Assembly (NCBI GenBank): GCA_051362555.1
Contig: CM120644.1
Span: 11,554,567-11,618,566, forward strand
Direction of reading: 5' to 3'
Source of the DNA: Lingula anatina
Taxonomy: Eukaryota; Animalia; Brachiopoda
Length of the DNA: 64,000 nt
Shown in pieces: positions 61,009-64,000 of this stretch. The translations under genes were made by a program, and so were the position numbers. The notes under the pieces were generated by a model. That model was not told the DNA's origin. It made no database searches and saw only the letters and a list, made by a program, of their open reading frames with translations. Position 1 is the first letter of the stretch, and each line of letters opens with the position of its first letter.

Positions 61009-61870
61009 TTAAAGGTTTTGGGTTACTTAAGTGATTGAAATATATTTTTTAATTATTTAAAATTTTATAAAATTTTAATAAATTTTAAAAAAATTAATTC
61101 ATTGCTTTCATTCATTGAAAATTCAATTCTGTGATCTTTTCCAAGATGTTAATCATTATATAAAGTTTATCAGACAGATGTATTCTAGTACTGGCAAAAG
61201 TGATGACACTTTTTCTTCTGGTCTAAAATCGTCATTCAAATATGTATAATATTAAATACAGTCAACAGAAATATGTGATGCTTGTTATTAAAATTAACTC
61301 TATTGAAACAGGCTACTTTTTGGTCAGTTTTATTTTTCTTATGTTTAAGTAAACTGCTATGTTTTAATATGATGAGTTGATTTGTTATGATTGATTTATT
61401 TTTGTAACACAGTGTTTTTTTTTGTGACTTGCAAAAGTTCATGCATAAGTCATACAATTCACATTTACTGTTCGTCATTTGCCATCAAGTTTTATCTACA
61501 AACTAGCTAATTTACATAGTTTTTCAACATTTTATCATAGTTACAAGTCAGTATTACAGTTACTTGGTACAGTGATAGAAATATTTTGAAATGCTATATT
61601 ACAAATATATGTAACAGTATTTACAGGTTTTAATGCAAATATAAAAAGTAAGAAAAATGTTTCTTTTCAAAATAAAAAGACTGAACTGAAATCTCTCTTT
61701 CTCTCTCACAGTATCCATCGTTATCTAAAATGATTCAAAGAAACATTAAGTCTTTTTACCCAGGCCACTTTCATGAAGTTCTCAATGTAAATGACCAAAT
61801 ATTTCTTTCTATTTTAGTGTAAACAGCCACATATTTCCATTTATTACACAGTTTTCATCCCCTGCACCTG

Positions 61871-63763
<1,893 letters not shown>

Positions 63764-64000
63764 TCAAAAAATTAATAACTCATGTATATCACAGATAATT
63801 ATATCCTTGTTTTATTTATATTAGATTTTACATTTTAAAAATTCCTGACATGCAGCAATTAACTTTCTGCCATGAATTTTTTCCTCCTGTAAAATCTATA
63901 TATTAGATGTCTTTTAGTTTTCATTAAAAAAAGAAGAAAATAATACTGTTTTTTAGCATGGAATTTTTCAAAAATTCTTTTTGAAACAAGAGATCTTCTT

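Overview
AT-rich, intron-rich animal genomic DNA, probably from a lophotrochozoan-type invertebrate (inferred). It is not prokaryotic, so most short ORFs in the supplied track are spurious. The backbone is a head-to-head pair: EAF (ELL-associated factor, minus, 1643-4547) and a 31-exon POLR1B/RPA2 gene (plus, 4884-54642). Downstream are a two-exon double-hotdog thioesterase-like gene (59243-61008) and the 3' end of DDX42 (minus). The POLR1B introns are densely nested. The 21.5-kb intron 15 holds (i) a candidate ~10.9-kb TA/CAGT-bounded Tc1-type transposon with an intact, three-intron DD34E transposase and a divergently oriented BEN-domain/NLS gene, (ii) a Helentron-type non-autonomous element, and (iii) an antisense GalNAc-transferase-like gene with degenerate catalytic motifs and a His/Glu repeat stem. 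Intron 24 holds an antisense EF-hand (SCP-like) gene with a predicted signal peptide, lying between the two termini of a Helentron-type element. Introns 6, 11 and 14 each carry a Helentron-type (HINE/DINE-like) element with a 146-bp satellite containing a consensus DR1 site. Intron 9 has a candidate C/D-box snoRNA. A CACTA/EnSpm-like element with DUF4806-like exon remnants is nested in another HINE downstream of POLR1B. All gene models were spliced by eye and family calls come from remembered motifs; no database search was run.
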